Assembly: GCF_964355755.1 (NCBI RefSeq)
Contig: NC_092680.1
Location: forward strand, 5,890,001 to 5,954,000
DNA from: Antedon mediterranea
Taxonomy: Eukaryota > Animalia > Echinodermata
Reading direction: 5' to 3'
Length of the DNA: 64,000 nucleotides
The position numbers and the translations under genes were made by a program. The notes beneath the pieces are model-generated. The model searched no databases. It saw only the letters and a program-made list of their open reading frames with translations, and had not been told where the DNA came from. Position 1 is the first letter of the stretch; each line of letters begins with the position of its first letter. Positions 1 to 13,272 of the stretch are shown here, piece after piece.

Positions 1-38
1 CAATCGACCGAGGTGTAAAAGTAGCTTGGTCTCCATAA

Positions 39-700
39 AGCTTGGTTCCCAATAGAACGTAACGCAAGGACGTAAACGCAACGCAAGCGTTTTAACCAAT
101 GAGAAGCAAAGTTATAGACAGTTAGCAATCACAAGCGAATAAGCCATCGCTTGTGATTGGTCAATTCACTTGCGTTGCGTTACGTCCTTGTGTTGCGTCG
201 CTAGTGGGAACCACGCTTTAGGACTCAACGCAAAGACGTAAGTGCAACGTAAATCGTGGTTCCCACTAGAGACGTAGGACGTACGCGCATTACAAGCGAA
301 TTCATCGATGACAAGCCACTGTTCGAATAATCCATCGCTTGTTATTGGTCTAATCACTAAAGCGTGGTTCCCACTAGCGACGCAACACAAGGACATAACG
401 CAACGCAGGTGAATTGACCAATCACAAGCGATGGCTTGTTCGCTTGTGATTGCTAACTGTCTATAACTTCGCTTGTCATTGGTTAAAACGCTTGCGTTGC
501 GTTTACGTCCTTGCGTTACGTTCTAGTGTGAACCAAGCTTTACGTTGTGTTACGTCCTTGCGTTGCGTCGCTAGTGGGAACCAAGCTAAATTAATTTGAC
601 CAATCACAAGCAATGGATTACCTGAACTGTCTCTTTGTGATTGGTCAACTCGCTTGCGTTGAATGCGCTTACGTCCTTCAGTTCTAGTGGAAACCAAGCT
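39..700. mobile_element. Nested cluster of family-A MITEs (TIR AGC(T/G)TGGTTCCCACTAG; probable PIF/Harbinger-like)
   Basis: Full ~180-bp copies at 39-217 and 361-538 in opposite orientations, plus fragments at ~255-360 and ~540-700. Terminal inverted repeats are flanked by TAA/TTA. Confidence 0.85.
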
Positions 701-1108
701 GATAAGTTGTGTCTGATACATTTTCCCGTAGCTGGTACCCCCATTGTGTTAAATATTCGTGTTCGTCGCCTTGTTTCATCAGATTTAAATAGAATACACA
801 TTGCCGGTAATATAACAGATGGAACATTTCAAATGATTCGTTTGGTGATTCTAGAATACAAATGAACAAGTTGCCGGATCAACGCTAAGTTCATTATTGC
901 AATAAAGGAAATCTGTATGTGGTCATGCGATCAGAACGCGTAGACGATGGGCTTACATACAGGGACACGAGACGGTAGTGTTTAGCACACGATGTATTAT
1001 CAGGGGAACATACAGACCTAGAAATTACACCCTTTCAGCCTTTCTATCAAAAGGTCGAATTCAAATTATGTTGTTACGTGGAGACACAAACGTTTTTCAC
1101 GTTTCTTA

Positions 1109-1249
1109 AGCTCTGTCTACACTATCAAATTTTATGTGACAACAAAAATGTGATGTGCTCAAATATGGACATGATGATGTCATATCACTACCATATTTGG
1201 GCACATCATATTTTTTTTGTCAAACTAGTTTGATAGTGTAAATAGAGCT
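1109..1249. mobile_element. Family-B MITE (TIR AGCTCTGTCTACACTATCAAACT, ~150 bp, TWA TSD; PIF/Harbinger-like)
   Basis: TTA on both sides. About 15 copies in the window: 1109, 2098, 9593, 15885, 19382, 28045, 31789, 34798, 39701, 42327, 45310, 52312, 54436, 56908, 58473. Confidence 0.85.
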
Positions 1250-2308
1250 TTAGACATAATGTTGCACTGCTTATCGTACCTGTATATAATTATGTTACCG
1301 TACTAATCATCTAATGGTTAGCATTTAGTTAAAACCTGGTTATGATACTGTAAAATGAATGATGATATACGGATAATTCTCTATAATCTCATGGAGACAA
1401 CGCCCTACACAACATGACGCACTGGCAAGTGCACACGAACCAGTGTTCAATGGTCCGGACCTCCGTTTTTAAAGATTAACGGATGACTTAGTGTAACAAT
1501 TGTATAGGCTGTACCCGAGTTCTCTGTTTAACCCGTCGGACACATCATATTTAAACAAAAATGTTTTCGATGGCAACTTTATTTTAATAAACCATAAGGC
1601 GATAACGCAATGCTCGCGGTACGCGTATTATTAATATTAATGCACACTTTAATTCTGAATAGTTATTATTAGGTTGGCCAAAATTGTCGGTCCCGTTATA
1701 TTAATTATTTTCTGACCATTTAATGTCATGATCAAAACGTCACTTTGATTGCTTCATATGATTTTAATACGTTAATTTTCCAATTAAAACTGAACAAACG
1801 ATTTAAAATTACTATGACCAAAACATTAACATAATAGAAAACATATGGTTTTCTTGAATTAATAATAGCTATATAGACACCCACCAAGGACAATGGGTTA
1901 GATTGTATTAATTCCCAGACCTGCGGCCTCTTCAATAGATTATTAATATCGTATTATTGGATCGTTCATCTTCCTCAATCAAGAATTTCAAGTTTCATGT
2001 CACACGAAAGGCAGACACGAGGCGACGAGAGTTTTTTTGGCACATAATCTTTCCTGATAGAACATATAAAAGTTTACGATTCTAAGTAAGATCGTAAAGC
2101 TCTGTCTACACTATCAAACTTTATGTGACAACAAATGTGATGTGCCTATATATGGACATGATGATGTCATATCACACTTTTTGTCAAACTAGTTTGGTAG
2201 ATAATAAATAATAAAAAATAGTCTGTTCTTATATAGCGCATAATATATATTGTTTTTGAGATAAAAGTATGAGTTAATTGAAAATGAATCTTTATATTCA
2301 TAAATAAT

Positions 2309-2610
2309 ATGGTAACTACTGTAGTTGTTACGGTGACTGTTAACAGTAAGCTATTCGATAACTTTAGTTATACGTTGTCTTTAACGGTAACTAGTTATAC
2401 GGTGACTAAACGAAAATAGCTATGGTAACTATTTACACGGTAATTAGTTAACGGCATGGCTCGATGGTTAGGAGACGAGTTACAGTGATAGCTATAATTA
2501 ATAACTAGTTTCACCGTAACTAGTTAAAATTAGTTATAATAACCAGCTACGGTAACTAGTTACGATAGGCCTATAAGTACTACAGATTATTACCAAATTA
2601 CTAACCATTT
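2309..2610. repeat. Degenerate short tandem repeat (ggtaactagttac-like)
   Basis: Many diverged acggtaactagtt units. Confidence 0.75.
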
Positions 2611-3329
2611 TTAGACCATAAAGTTTATTTACTTTTGTTTTGTATAAACCAGGGACTTCTCTGCTTAAATTAACTATTTTCAAACTTCTTAATTGCGTAA
2701 TCCAGCATCCGACATTGTAAAAATGTAACAAATTTCCACATTTCCATTTTAAAGTATCATCTCGGTCATGTTTTATTCGGATTGCTTCATCATATCACAA
2801 TGATCATAATATACAATAAACAATTGATTACACAATCCAGGTCTCGGGTTCAAATTTAACTATCGTAAACTATTTGAACAATAAATTATGAAATGATTTC
2901 CTTCATTTGTTTCGTTTTTAGTAGTTCATTTCATAACATTCTTATTGGCCTCGTTGAAAGTGCTGATAATACGATTAATCAAAATGCGTCTGCGCATGGA
3001 TTGTGAATTCATATTAATAATATGTAAAATCGGAAATGATTTCATTGTCAATATGTCATTTTAAAATTCCGGATATCGTAAAAAGAAACACTTAAACAAA
3101 GGAGGCAAAGTCTTATGATTGCTGTAATCAGATAAACGGGAAATAAATGTTGAGCGTTCGTATTATTATTAATATTATTACACGTTACAAAAGTAATGAT
3201 GCGTAGGCATATGGGTTTGACGCAAACGCGGTTTTAATCCTTAATCAGAGTGCCACCAAGAGGTGTTTGTTCGAGGTATTACTTTTAATAATCTAGTATT
3301 TTATTCTAGTATTATTTCGCCTCCCATTA

Positions 3330-3461
3330 AGCGTGGTACCCACTAGAGACGCAACATAAGCACGTACACGCGACGCAAGCGGGTTGACCAATGATAAGCG
3401 ACAGTTCGAATAATCAATCGCTTGTGATTGGTCAACGTTGCGCTATAGTGGGAACCAAGCT
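3330..3461. mobile_element. Family-A MITE, internally deleted
   Basis: agcgtggtacccactag ... tagtgggaaccaagct termini. Confidence 0.75.
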
Positions 3462-4619
3462 ATAGTCTATGTACGACTGTTTAGGCCTACTGCATAACCA
3501 TTTTTTATTTTCTTTACAATAATTTCTTCACATGCAACTACCGGTACCGCCTTTCCAGCAGTAGGACATCTTTTTATGTTTCTTTCGTATATACCACTTT
3601 TCAATTATAATGGTTTATATTTTATTTCTTGCAGCGTGTGTAGGCCTAATAAGATTCGCATCATCACGTGGCGGATAGCATTGCAATAGACGCAGTTAGT
3701 TTAAAAAACTAGAAGTCGTCTAAAAATAATAATGCTTTCTTAGAATAATGCAAGTTACCATATAAGGAGGATGATGACGATGATGAAGATGTATGCACTA
3801 AACCTATACTTACGTTTATTGCTTAATGACGTACATTACCGTGGTGTCTATATGTTAATAAATCCCTTTTATATATTTTGGTGATTTTATATCCTAATGT
3901 ACTTTTAAGGAGTCGTTAACATGAACAAATGTATAATATTTTTATATTCCGTGGGTGTACACTACACCTCCGAACAATGTTATTATTATACTCATTATTT
4001 TTAAACGTTTCCTATATTCTTGATTTTACCATGAAACTGCCCACGTGTAAAAATACCAAAACATTTTGTCGGGACAGAGATTGACTTCCACCTAAGCTTT
4101 GAAACCATTTAATTCAAATAACAGAACGAACAATTTTAAAGTTGTCGGAAGAAGAGTTTAATAGTATTCGTCTCCCCGAGGCATTATGGTCAAATATTCG
4201 GCAGGGATATAAAGCTGTATTACCGGTTCGTTCATGTACTTGTATCGAATTAGTCTGGCCTCCTAGGTGCATAAGGCATGGCCTCCTGGGTGCATAAGGC
4301 AGGACAACACGGCTTATGATATCATAAGCCTCAACCCTACAATCCAAGCAAACCAACTCGAAGGTGTGGAACGACAACACGTCAATACAATTATTTCCAA
4401 CATAAATATTTGGGTACCAATATTAGCAAAAATCAATATTTTTATTATTTTTAAGATATTTATATTCTCATTTCTCGAATTCATTAATACAAACATGTAA
4501 TAGAATTAAATGTTTATTTTTAGTTTACAAAAAAAAAATGTTATCCTAGAATATTACTTTTTAGTGGAAACTATAGACCTACTTTAACGCAGATTGTGCC
4601 GTCAACCACATCATAATTT

Positions 4620-4802
4620 CCAACCAATCGTGAATACCACAACATATTAGATAAACAGAGTTCTCACGTGTCTAATTTCAACCAATCATGATACCACAAC
4701 ATATTAGATAAACAGAGTTCTCACGTGTCTAATTTCAACCAATCATGATACCACAACAAATATTATATAAACAGAGTTCTCACGTGTCTAATTTTAACCA
4801 AT
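4620..4802. repeat. 3 x ~59-bp tandem repeat just downstream of the TRPM stop codon
   Basis: Unit caaccaatcatgataccacaacatattagataaacagagttctcacgtgtctaattt. Confidence 0.92.
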
Positions 4803-4867
4803 TACGGTGATGTAAAGGGGCGTGGTCAAACAAAGTGTTGACAAATCATGTGGACACGTTAGCTGCT

Positions 4868-7800
4868 TTAACACGAATGTGATTCACTGACTTGGAAAGC
4901 CTCCATCGTTACGCTAAGAACTTCTCGGACACCCTCCAACGTACGTTCTTGCTGATCTTCAACTTGTTTGAAACGTTTGTTGAACTTCTTTGCCACTTGG
5001 ATGTGTTCAGCAAATTTCATATCCATCTCATCAAGCCTACAATTATATATATATATATATATATTTTTTCAAAATAATCACCAAAAAAAAAAAAAAGAAC
5101 CGAACAACTACTGTTATTTTTTGAAAAAGAAAAAGTTCTGTTATCGAAACCTTACCTCTCTTCTAGTCTTTGAATGATCCTTTCCTGCGATGATTGGTCC
5201 CTCAACACGTTTTGTCGAAGGTAGATCTCCACGCAACTTTCCTCAAAGCTGTAGAGAACGGACTGTGTACTTTCCGTAAGATGTAATTCTAAAGTATATA
5301 AAAAGAATATTTTCGATTTTCGAGATTCGATATTTTGTCCAGGACTTCATTTCATTTATTTATTTATTTATTAGACACAATCGGTCAAGGGTTGCTACAT
5401 TAACAATGCGCCTTAGCATTATGTGTCCGCAAACCCTTGAAATTGAAACAATAAAAACGGCCCATAACATGAGTTCTGTCGTCTGCATGTGACGCCACCG
5501 CTGTATTGCAAACGTTAGACGCAAAACATCTCATTGAATTTACAAATATCTTTAATTTTATCTACATTTTTTTATTAACATTTTTACTTTGAAATAACAT
5601 TAAATTATTCAAGGTCTCGAAAAACTTTATTACTTTTGTCATTAAATATACCACAATGTGCCTACTATAAATGTGTTGTAATATATTCAATAAATATTTA
5701 GGATAAATGAGGATGCCAGCACGTACTCATTTTGTGGGTTTTAACTTCCTTTCCACACAGACGAGTCAATATCTCTTTGCCGATCTGCCAAAGGTGGCTT
5801 ATTACAATAAAGGGTGGTGGAAATAAGGGGCGCTCTCTATACTCCAAGATGATCCGGTATCGCTGGAACTTCCAGATTTCTAAAGCATTTTGTTGCACGG
5901 AGATGAAAGTGTTGCTTAAAATAAACAAAATATATAAATAATTTAATGTATATTATGTATCATATGTTTATTATGCTATGATTAGGAGCACTATTAATGT
6001 GGCCACCTTCTAAAGGCCAATTTACACAGCAAGCGGTAACGGTAAGCCGAAAACCGCGTAGCTTGTCGCATTGTCTCACGTAGAATCTGTATCTATCCTG
6101 AGCGGGAACCGCTCGTCCGCTCCGATTTGTGCGTAAATAATCATTTTTATTATCGTTACTGCTCGTTTGTGTAAAGTGGCCTTTAACCCAAAAAGTAGTC
6201 TCTTAAGGGATAGGTATCATCTTAATATAATATTGGTTAGCCATAGTTTTATTTTAAAACACATAAACATATATTGCCTGTCGTACGTTTCAACTTATTA
6301 ATATTGTCCGTTCTACTGTATGCAAACCAATGGCACTTACTTGAATATAGCAATCAGCATATTGATAAGCAGTATGTTTGCGAAAAGTAGGTAAATCGCC
6401 ATGATGAGAGGGACAAGCATTGAACCTTCTTTACATTCTTCAAGTTCACAGTTAGCTAGAAGAAATGGTAATACCAGTCAGTAACGCGTGACCTTACTAG
6501 AATTGCTTCAGCACCGCGCTGTGGCTCTTTCTAGGATAGATTGTTAGGTGTAAATCATAATATCATAAAATATTAGGAATTAAGGTAATATGGTCTGGCC
6601 TGTTGCCGCCAACAGTCATGATTTGTCATTTATTGACGCAAGGCAAACAGTACTGGAACACACGTTCTATAAGAAAAATAAACACATATACACATTTGCG
6701 AATTTGTAAACTATCAACTTACGATTTCGTTCGTCTAAAAACAGCTCGCCATAGACATGCCAGTAAGGTTGGTAGAAAACGTCTTTTATAAGCTCAAAAT
6801 CCATAACTGTCTGGTCGGGTTTCATGATCGCGTGGCTAGCTACTCCATAACTTGTAACAAACACACCCAGAATGATAGTGAATCTGACCATGTCAACCAT
6901 CTGAAATGATAACAGTAAACTAGAGTGAACAAGACTTTAACATGATGTTGAATGAATACGATAGCCCTATTGTAGCTTTGTTAAGCTTGGTTCACACGAA
7001 TGCAAATATCTTTTTTTCAAATATTTTGTTCTTTGTGAACGCACCTTATCATCGTATGCCACTGTGAAGAATAAATATACTATTTAACAGGTCAAATGAC
7101 TTACCATTCTACTGATCATTTTCACATACGGTCCCATCAATTTACTAACGCTTAGTACATCAAGCATCCGAATGTACCAGAATATGATATCTATACAGTA
7201 AAATAAACGGCCCCATTGGAAAAGAAAGTCATTGGCGAAACTCATTACGTGCAACGCCATCATTCTCAAAAAGAAACCGATAAAGAAGAATGTGATACAT
7301 ATCCCGTCCCAAATATTCCACGCGTCAGATGACCAGCTTTTTAACTTGTGTGTCCAACTTAGAGCGTCACCTTGTGTTATTACCTAAGTACACAAATAAT
7401 GGTTTGAAAAGGAATTATACTAGTGATGACAAAATAAAAATGTCTATTCTCAATTTTATCTTGAAACACGAATGGTGTGACGATATAGAGGGCGCACTAT
7501 GAATAATATTTAAGAGCGCCCTCTATATCGTCACACAGGCAAGAACATGTTTTGCTTAATGAATTATTGCGTCGATACTGTAATAACATATTGTACGTAT
7601 TTATAAGTGTAGATTTTTAGTAACATTTCAAATTTTGACCTATTCAAAGCATATTCAAACCTTATTTTTCATGTTTTAGAAGACAATATGTCTTCAGTTG
7701 TTAGTAAAAAGGTTCATCTGGATCTCTGTATAGTATTCCAGTTGTTGTGATTTTAATGTATTATTCATCCAACTACTACTCACTTGTCTTAATTCTTCAG

Positions 7801-10800
7801 TAGCCAATGAGAATACGAAAAACATAATGATCCACTCAAAAACCGATATTCCCATCCAGCCCATGTATTCATCCGGAAGATGAATTAAGATCATGTAGCT
7901 AAACAGCATAAGGAAGCCCACGTAGGACAGCTAAAATCAATTACGAGTTATTTGGTTATTCTGTTTCAGCCTCCAAATATGATAAATTGATAATATTTAA
8001 TATGAATTAATTAAACGTTTAGAAACTGAAACTTGGAAGAAAAACTATTAGGCCTAATACAGATAACTCAAAATTTTGTGACGTCACCAATATAGACCTA
8101 GGTTATCAAAATCTCTAGTAGGTATGGTTTGTAGATCTATTTAAAAAAAGGCCCGAACGACCCTTTTATAATGCAAGCTTAGAAAGGAAGTTTGGCCAAT
8201 AAAACGATAATTATAGATGCTTCTATATTGGTAAATTACAGTGAAATAGATTTTACAAATACTAAGACAAATTTCCGAAGGATTTGGAAACAAAATGGTG
8301 CATGAAATGCAATACCTCGATAGCACCGAATTCACTAGTTCAAATAGAGGGATACCATTTACTTAAAGATCTCTATGCATATCCACACACAAATACTTAC
8401 CGTATTAGACCACAACTTAACAATGGGTGCCGTGTAAAAAGCATAGTAACGTTGTCGAATCGAGAGTCGCTGTTTTACAACAACTTTTACGCAGTCTCCG
8501 TGATGCGTAACCACGTCATCATCAGATTTACTACGTGTAATACCAACATCCGGGCTATCATTTACATCCTGTAATGTAACAATTCACAGATGCTTTATAT
8601 AAAAAGCGTGCTACTTCATGGTTTTATTGAAATAAGCACGTGATTTAAAAGAAAGTATAAAACTTGAGAATTTAAGTCATGTTAAGTATATGTTTATTTA
8701 GCCTTCGTTCGTGTCTTTTAATATAAATTTACTGAAAATACTATCGTTAATCTATATTTTGGCACACATGGCGTGTTATATGCATAGGCCTACTTGAGTT
8801 GCAACTACCTTATGGGACAAAAAAAGCGAACATATCTCTGCAAAAAAGGCAACTAGAGACTTTACTTAGGCAAGTCATGGCGCTTTTCGTAGAGTCAAAT
8901 TAAGTTTGAAAGTCAGCTAGTTAGCCAACGACGATTCGAATTTTATGCTAATAAGCAAAAACAAATACCTACCTACCATATTTTTCCGCCAATAACCTAG
9001 CAATTTTTAAAGGCCTATTTTATGTAATTCTATGTAATCACCATACAAGTTTATTCTTACTGTTAGTTGCAAAGCTTCGGCTATAATATCTTCTGTTGTA
9101 GGTTCTTCTGGAATTTCATTAAATTTCTTGATTACGTCAACTTCTCGATAAGAAAGCATAGGAACGGCAGGTGGAAATATTAACCCTAACAAAACCTATA
9201 AAAACAGTGTACATGCAACAATTCAATTACTAAAATATTAAATAAACAGATAGTATCATAAAACTATATCCTAGCTAATACTGTCGGTAAGTAGGCCTAA
9301 ACAACTAAGGCTTGGTTTCCACCAGGACGCAAACGAATAGATGTAAGCCGTAACGTAGAGAATTGACCAACTGTTACTTGTGTTTGGTCAATTCGCTTGC
9401 GTTGCGTCTACGTCCTTGCAGTGGCTGTATTCAGAAGATTGTCTGCCATGTCTTGTTGCAGATTTTTGGTAAATCATTTTTGTACTAGACGATTTCAATT
9501 CAATTTGGTTTTATTTTTCCACATCTTTATTTCCAATCCAATATAACATAAATATTATCTGTCTAATGACATTAACCATTTGATTAGTATAAAGTTTGTC
9601 TACACTATCAACCTAGTTTGCAAAAAAAGTGTGATGTGCCCAAATATGGTAGTGATATGCAAAAAAAAATATGGTAGTGATATGACATCATCATGTGCAT
9701 ATATTGTTTTTTTCACATAAAGTTTGATAGTGTAAACAGAGTTTAAGACAGTTTTATTGAACAATATTTAACTAGGGTTGAAGACATGTTATTTTACTCA
9801 ATGTTATAAATGTATGTGTGTATATTGTATATATTGTATAATATTAACACAATGTAGGCAAATCATACTTGTTTATTTGAGATCATCTGTAGTTTTCCAA
9901 TCCATTGATCGGTAAGTATCGTTTGCACGCACGGGTGACCAATCAGCTTGCTGTGACACACAGCGGCAGCCAATGAAAGCACAGTTTCATTGCTCCAGTT
10001 TTTCATCTCGACCAATATGAGTTGACGTGTATAGTCACTCCCCTCTTCAAAGCACACTTGCAACAGCTCATAGGAAATCTGTTTGTAGCGACTGGTAGAA
10101 ATGAAAAAAAAAAGTATTTTATTGGTTTGTCATGATTATTGTAATATATTGATCTAATTATTTGGTATCGATCGATTTTTTATGCATCGATGTTTTATGT
10201 GTGTGGAGAAAATTCAGTAGGTTAGGGTCACTGTAAATCTATTAATAGGCTTACTTGAAATCATCCTTTCCTATATTCTTTACTTATCGCATAGAGCTAT
10301 TATAGTGAACAGTGAACTATAAAAGCCTCTATGCTTATCGTGAGCAAAATATCCTAGTAATTTACGAAACGAACGGTGTATACGCATGCGCGGATTAATA
10401 TATTGAATAAATTATCGTCTCGTTTTGTCTACTGTTCCAGACGAAAGTTCGCTATGATTGTCTCTAGACGACTTACTTTGCTTGGGCATCTAATTTCTCA
10501 TTATTTTCCATGTCAAATTGCTCTGTGGCCCTGTCCGACATTGCGGTGTACAAGGCAACAGCGATGATCGCTTTAGCCATAGCCTCAGTGCCCTGTTGCC
10601 ACATTAAATAAGTCATTCCGTGCTTCCTTGACAGTACTGACCAGACAAATAGGTCACTAAACGGGGTTTCAAACCGTGGTCCGATACAGGCATCTTCTCC
10701 ATCCTACAAAAGAATACTTAAACGGTCAACCATAATCATGTATGCGTAATACCAGACTCGATACGATACGCTGTTTATTGTCGTATGCCATGATACAGTA

Positions 10801-13238
10801 CGTTATTGTGCCCGAAGTGTGCTAAATTGCAGTCAGAAAAAGATTTATATTAGAAAACATGCCAAAATGGAAAACATGCCAAAATGGAAACTTGACTGGA
10901 TTACAGTATTTAAACATTACCTTGTTTCCACTTGAATGACGCGATTTACCCGTGTGGCATCGACAGTGGTTCAGCTTTCCTGTTGTATAAGACGATTTGA
11001 AGGCGTTGCCAATCAATTCTTCGATTAGACGACCAGCATTATGAAGACAGAATCCGCCTCTCTAATAAAAAATAAAAGAGGTGTATACTGCCACGGTCGC
11101 ATAATGATTGATAGCCGTCTTAGAATGAGATAAATCTGTGGATAAAAGTACTTTGCCCCTACGGTTGATTAAAGATCGGTTCCATCAAGAAAGTGTCATA
11201 GAAAGATTCATCAAACGTAAATAAAAAATAGTATACATTACCTCACGCAGCCTAATATTGCTGTGACTGTAAAGAAGTTTCAGTGTTGAATCAGGCAAGT
11301 TCAGCTAAAATACAATGACAATATCATCAATTAGTATTTGTATTGATATATAAAGATCTTCCTTTATTCGGCACCATTTTACACACTGACACCGAGTCTG
11401 GATTCGGCCGGTGTATGGCCTTAGAACACCCCGGGCTACGTTACGTCTTTCGATCACAAACGTACGTGTTTTACGGAATCCAGAAAGAGTCAGTGTGAAC
11501 GGTTCTTTTAGTAAACATTAAGGCTCAGACAATGTGAACATAGCTTTAACAATAAGGCAACCGAACAAGAACAGGACACTGAGCTCACCTTGCCAAGATA
11601 GGAATTTGTAATAGTCTTTTGATCTTATGTCTGGCTGCGACAAATATCAACACTACTGTACAGTGTATATAATTATATTCTCCGCTGGAAAAGGAGTCCC
11701 TTAAAGGACGTGGGACTTACCGTGTCGCAGCCACATATAAACCATTTGATCTCTGGAGCTCAGCACCCTATTGTTAGATTACCGGCCTTGCGTTAACCGT
11801 TTAGAAGATCATTTTAGTTTGTTGTTGTATTTAGTTTATCTATGTATAGAAGTATTTCAACAACTAATAATACTTACAGAGTGCTCGTAAAGTTTTACTA
11901 GAGTATTTTCTGTCAGAAACGCATGCATACTGACACCGTTTTCTAGTAGTAACTTTACAAAATCAGGCTTGCCTTCTTTAAGTGCCTGTAACATAGCATC
12001 GTTTAGACATTCTTCCTGCACACAGAACAGAAATAGAATATTTAGCGCAGTTTGCTATTAGCGTGGTGAAAAATATCAATTTGAGTTTCATTTCGGCCTA
12101 GATTTAAATAATGATAATATGTTGATACAAAAACATGAAGTACACAGTGAAAACGCAATATCGTCTCTGCATAATATAAACACAAGACCACTAATGATAC
12201 AAATAATCTTATTATAGTATCTTTTATCATCTTACTGAAATCGGTTTATTGAGTTTGAATATTTTGTCCCTTGCGATGTCCACTCTGTTCCACAGCAATG
12301 CTAATTGAAGCTGATCGTTACTAGGTAAATTATTGGCTGAAATGTTAAAAAGCACTTATTGAAGAATGAATATATATTTCATTTCATTTTTCATTTATTC
12401 CACATTTATTTAGTCATCAATTACAGTACATCATAATTACAGTACAACTGAGAACAGGGATCCTGCATAAAAAAGCTATAGCTTCGTTTTTTTGTAGGAC
12501 CCTTTTACAAGAACAAGTATATAGAACTTAAATAAACAAAGGTGTTGTTTACATTGTTTTATATATTCCTTATACTTTTTACAATACCTAATTTAGAAAG
12601 TTGTCATATTCACAACGTATAATTCGGATTTGAAGGCCAACTCAGACAGCGAAACGTCTTGACTCGTCGATCCTGCTGAGTTGAATCCCGACGAGACGAG
12701 TCGTATTTGCGGAGATAGCGTCGGGCGTAGTTTTATGTTAATTTTCTACCGACGATATGACTCGTCGGGCCTCATAATCTAGTACGACGCTGTCTGAGTT
12801 GGCCTTTAGATATTTCAAATCCGAACTAGAAAGGCACTCCGAGTGACCTTAGCTTACCTTGTACAAGCGCTTGGAGAATGGTGTTATCAAGGCCATCGGC
12901 AGACTCGTCAGAATCAACTGAAAAAACTGTTAGCTTTATAAAAAAACATACGGTTAGACAGATTTCAGACACTGGTTAATAGAAAAACACAGAAATATAT
13001 AATAATGTTAACATTATCATTTCTAAGATACAAGAACCGACCAATTAAGGCAAATTCAGTGGTGAGCGGAAAACGAAGGCCTGCTTATACTACGACGATA
13101 ACTAGAAAAAATAGTATAATTTTTAAAAATAAATATAAATATAATAAATAAACCTCTGTGATTGGCTGAAATATTGTCATCGTTTGCAGACGATACAAAT
13201 ATTTCAGCCAATCAGAGAGGTTTAATTGTGGCAGGCGC

Positions 13239-13272
<34 letters not shown>

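Noticed and set aside
166-721. Repeated short ORFs (AWFPLATQ.., [14 protein letters not shown].. also at 28582 and 51160)
   Set aside because: They are translations of family-A MITE sequence, with no transposase motifs.
11590-11767. Extra TRPM exons with good donors at ~11720 and ~11589
   Set aside because: Lengths of 47 and 46 nt break the frame individually, and joining them gives an in-frame stop.
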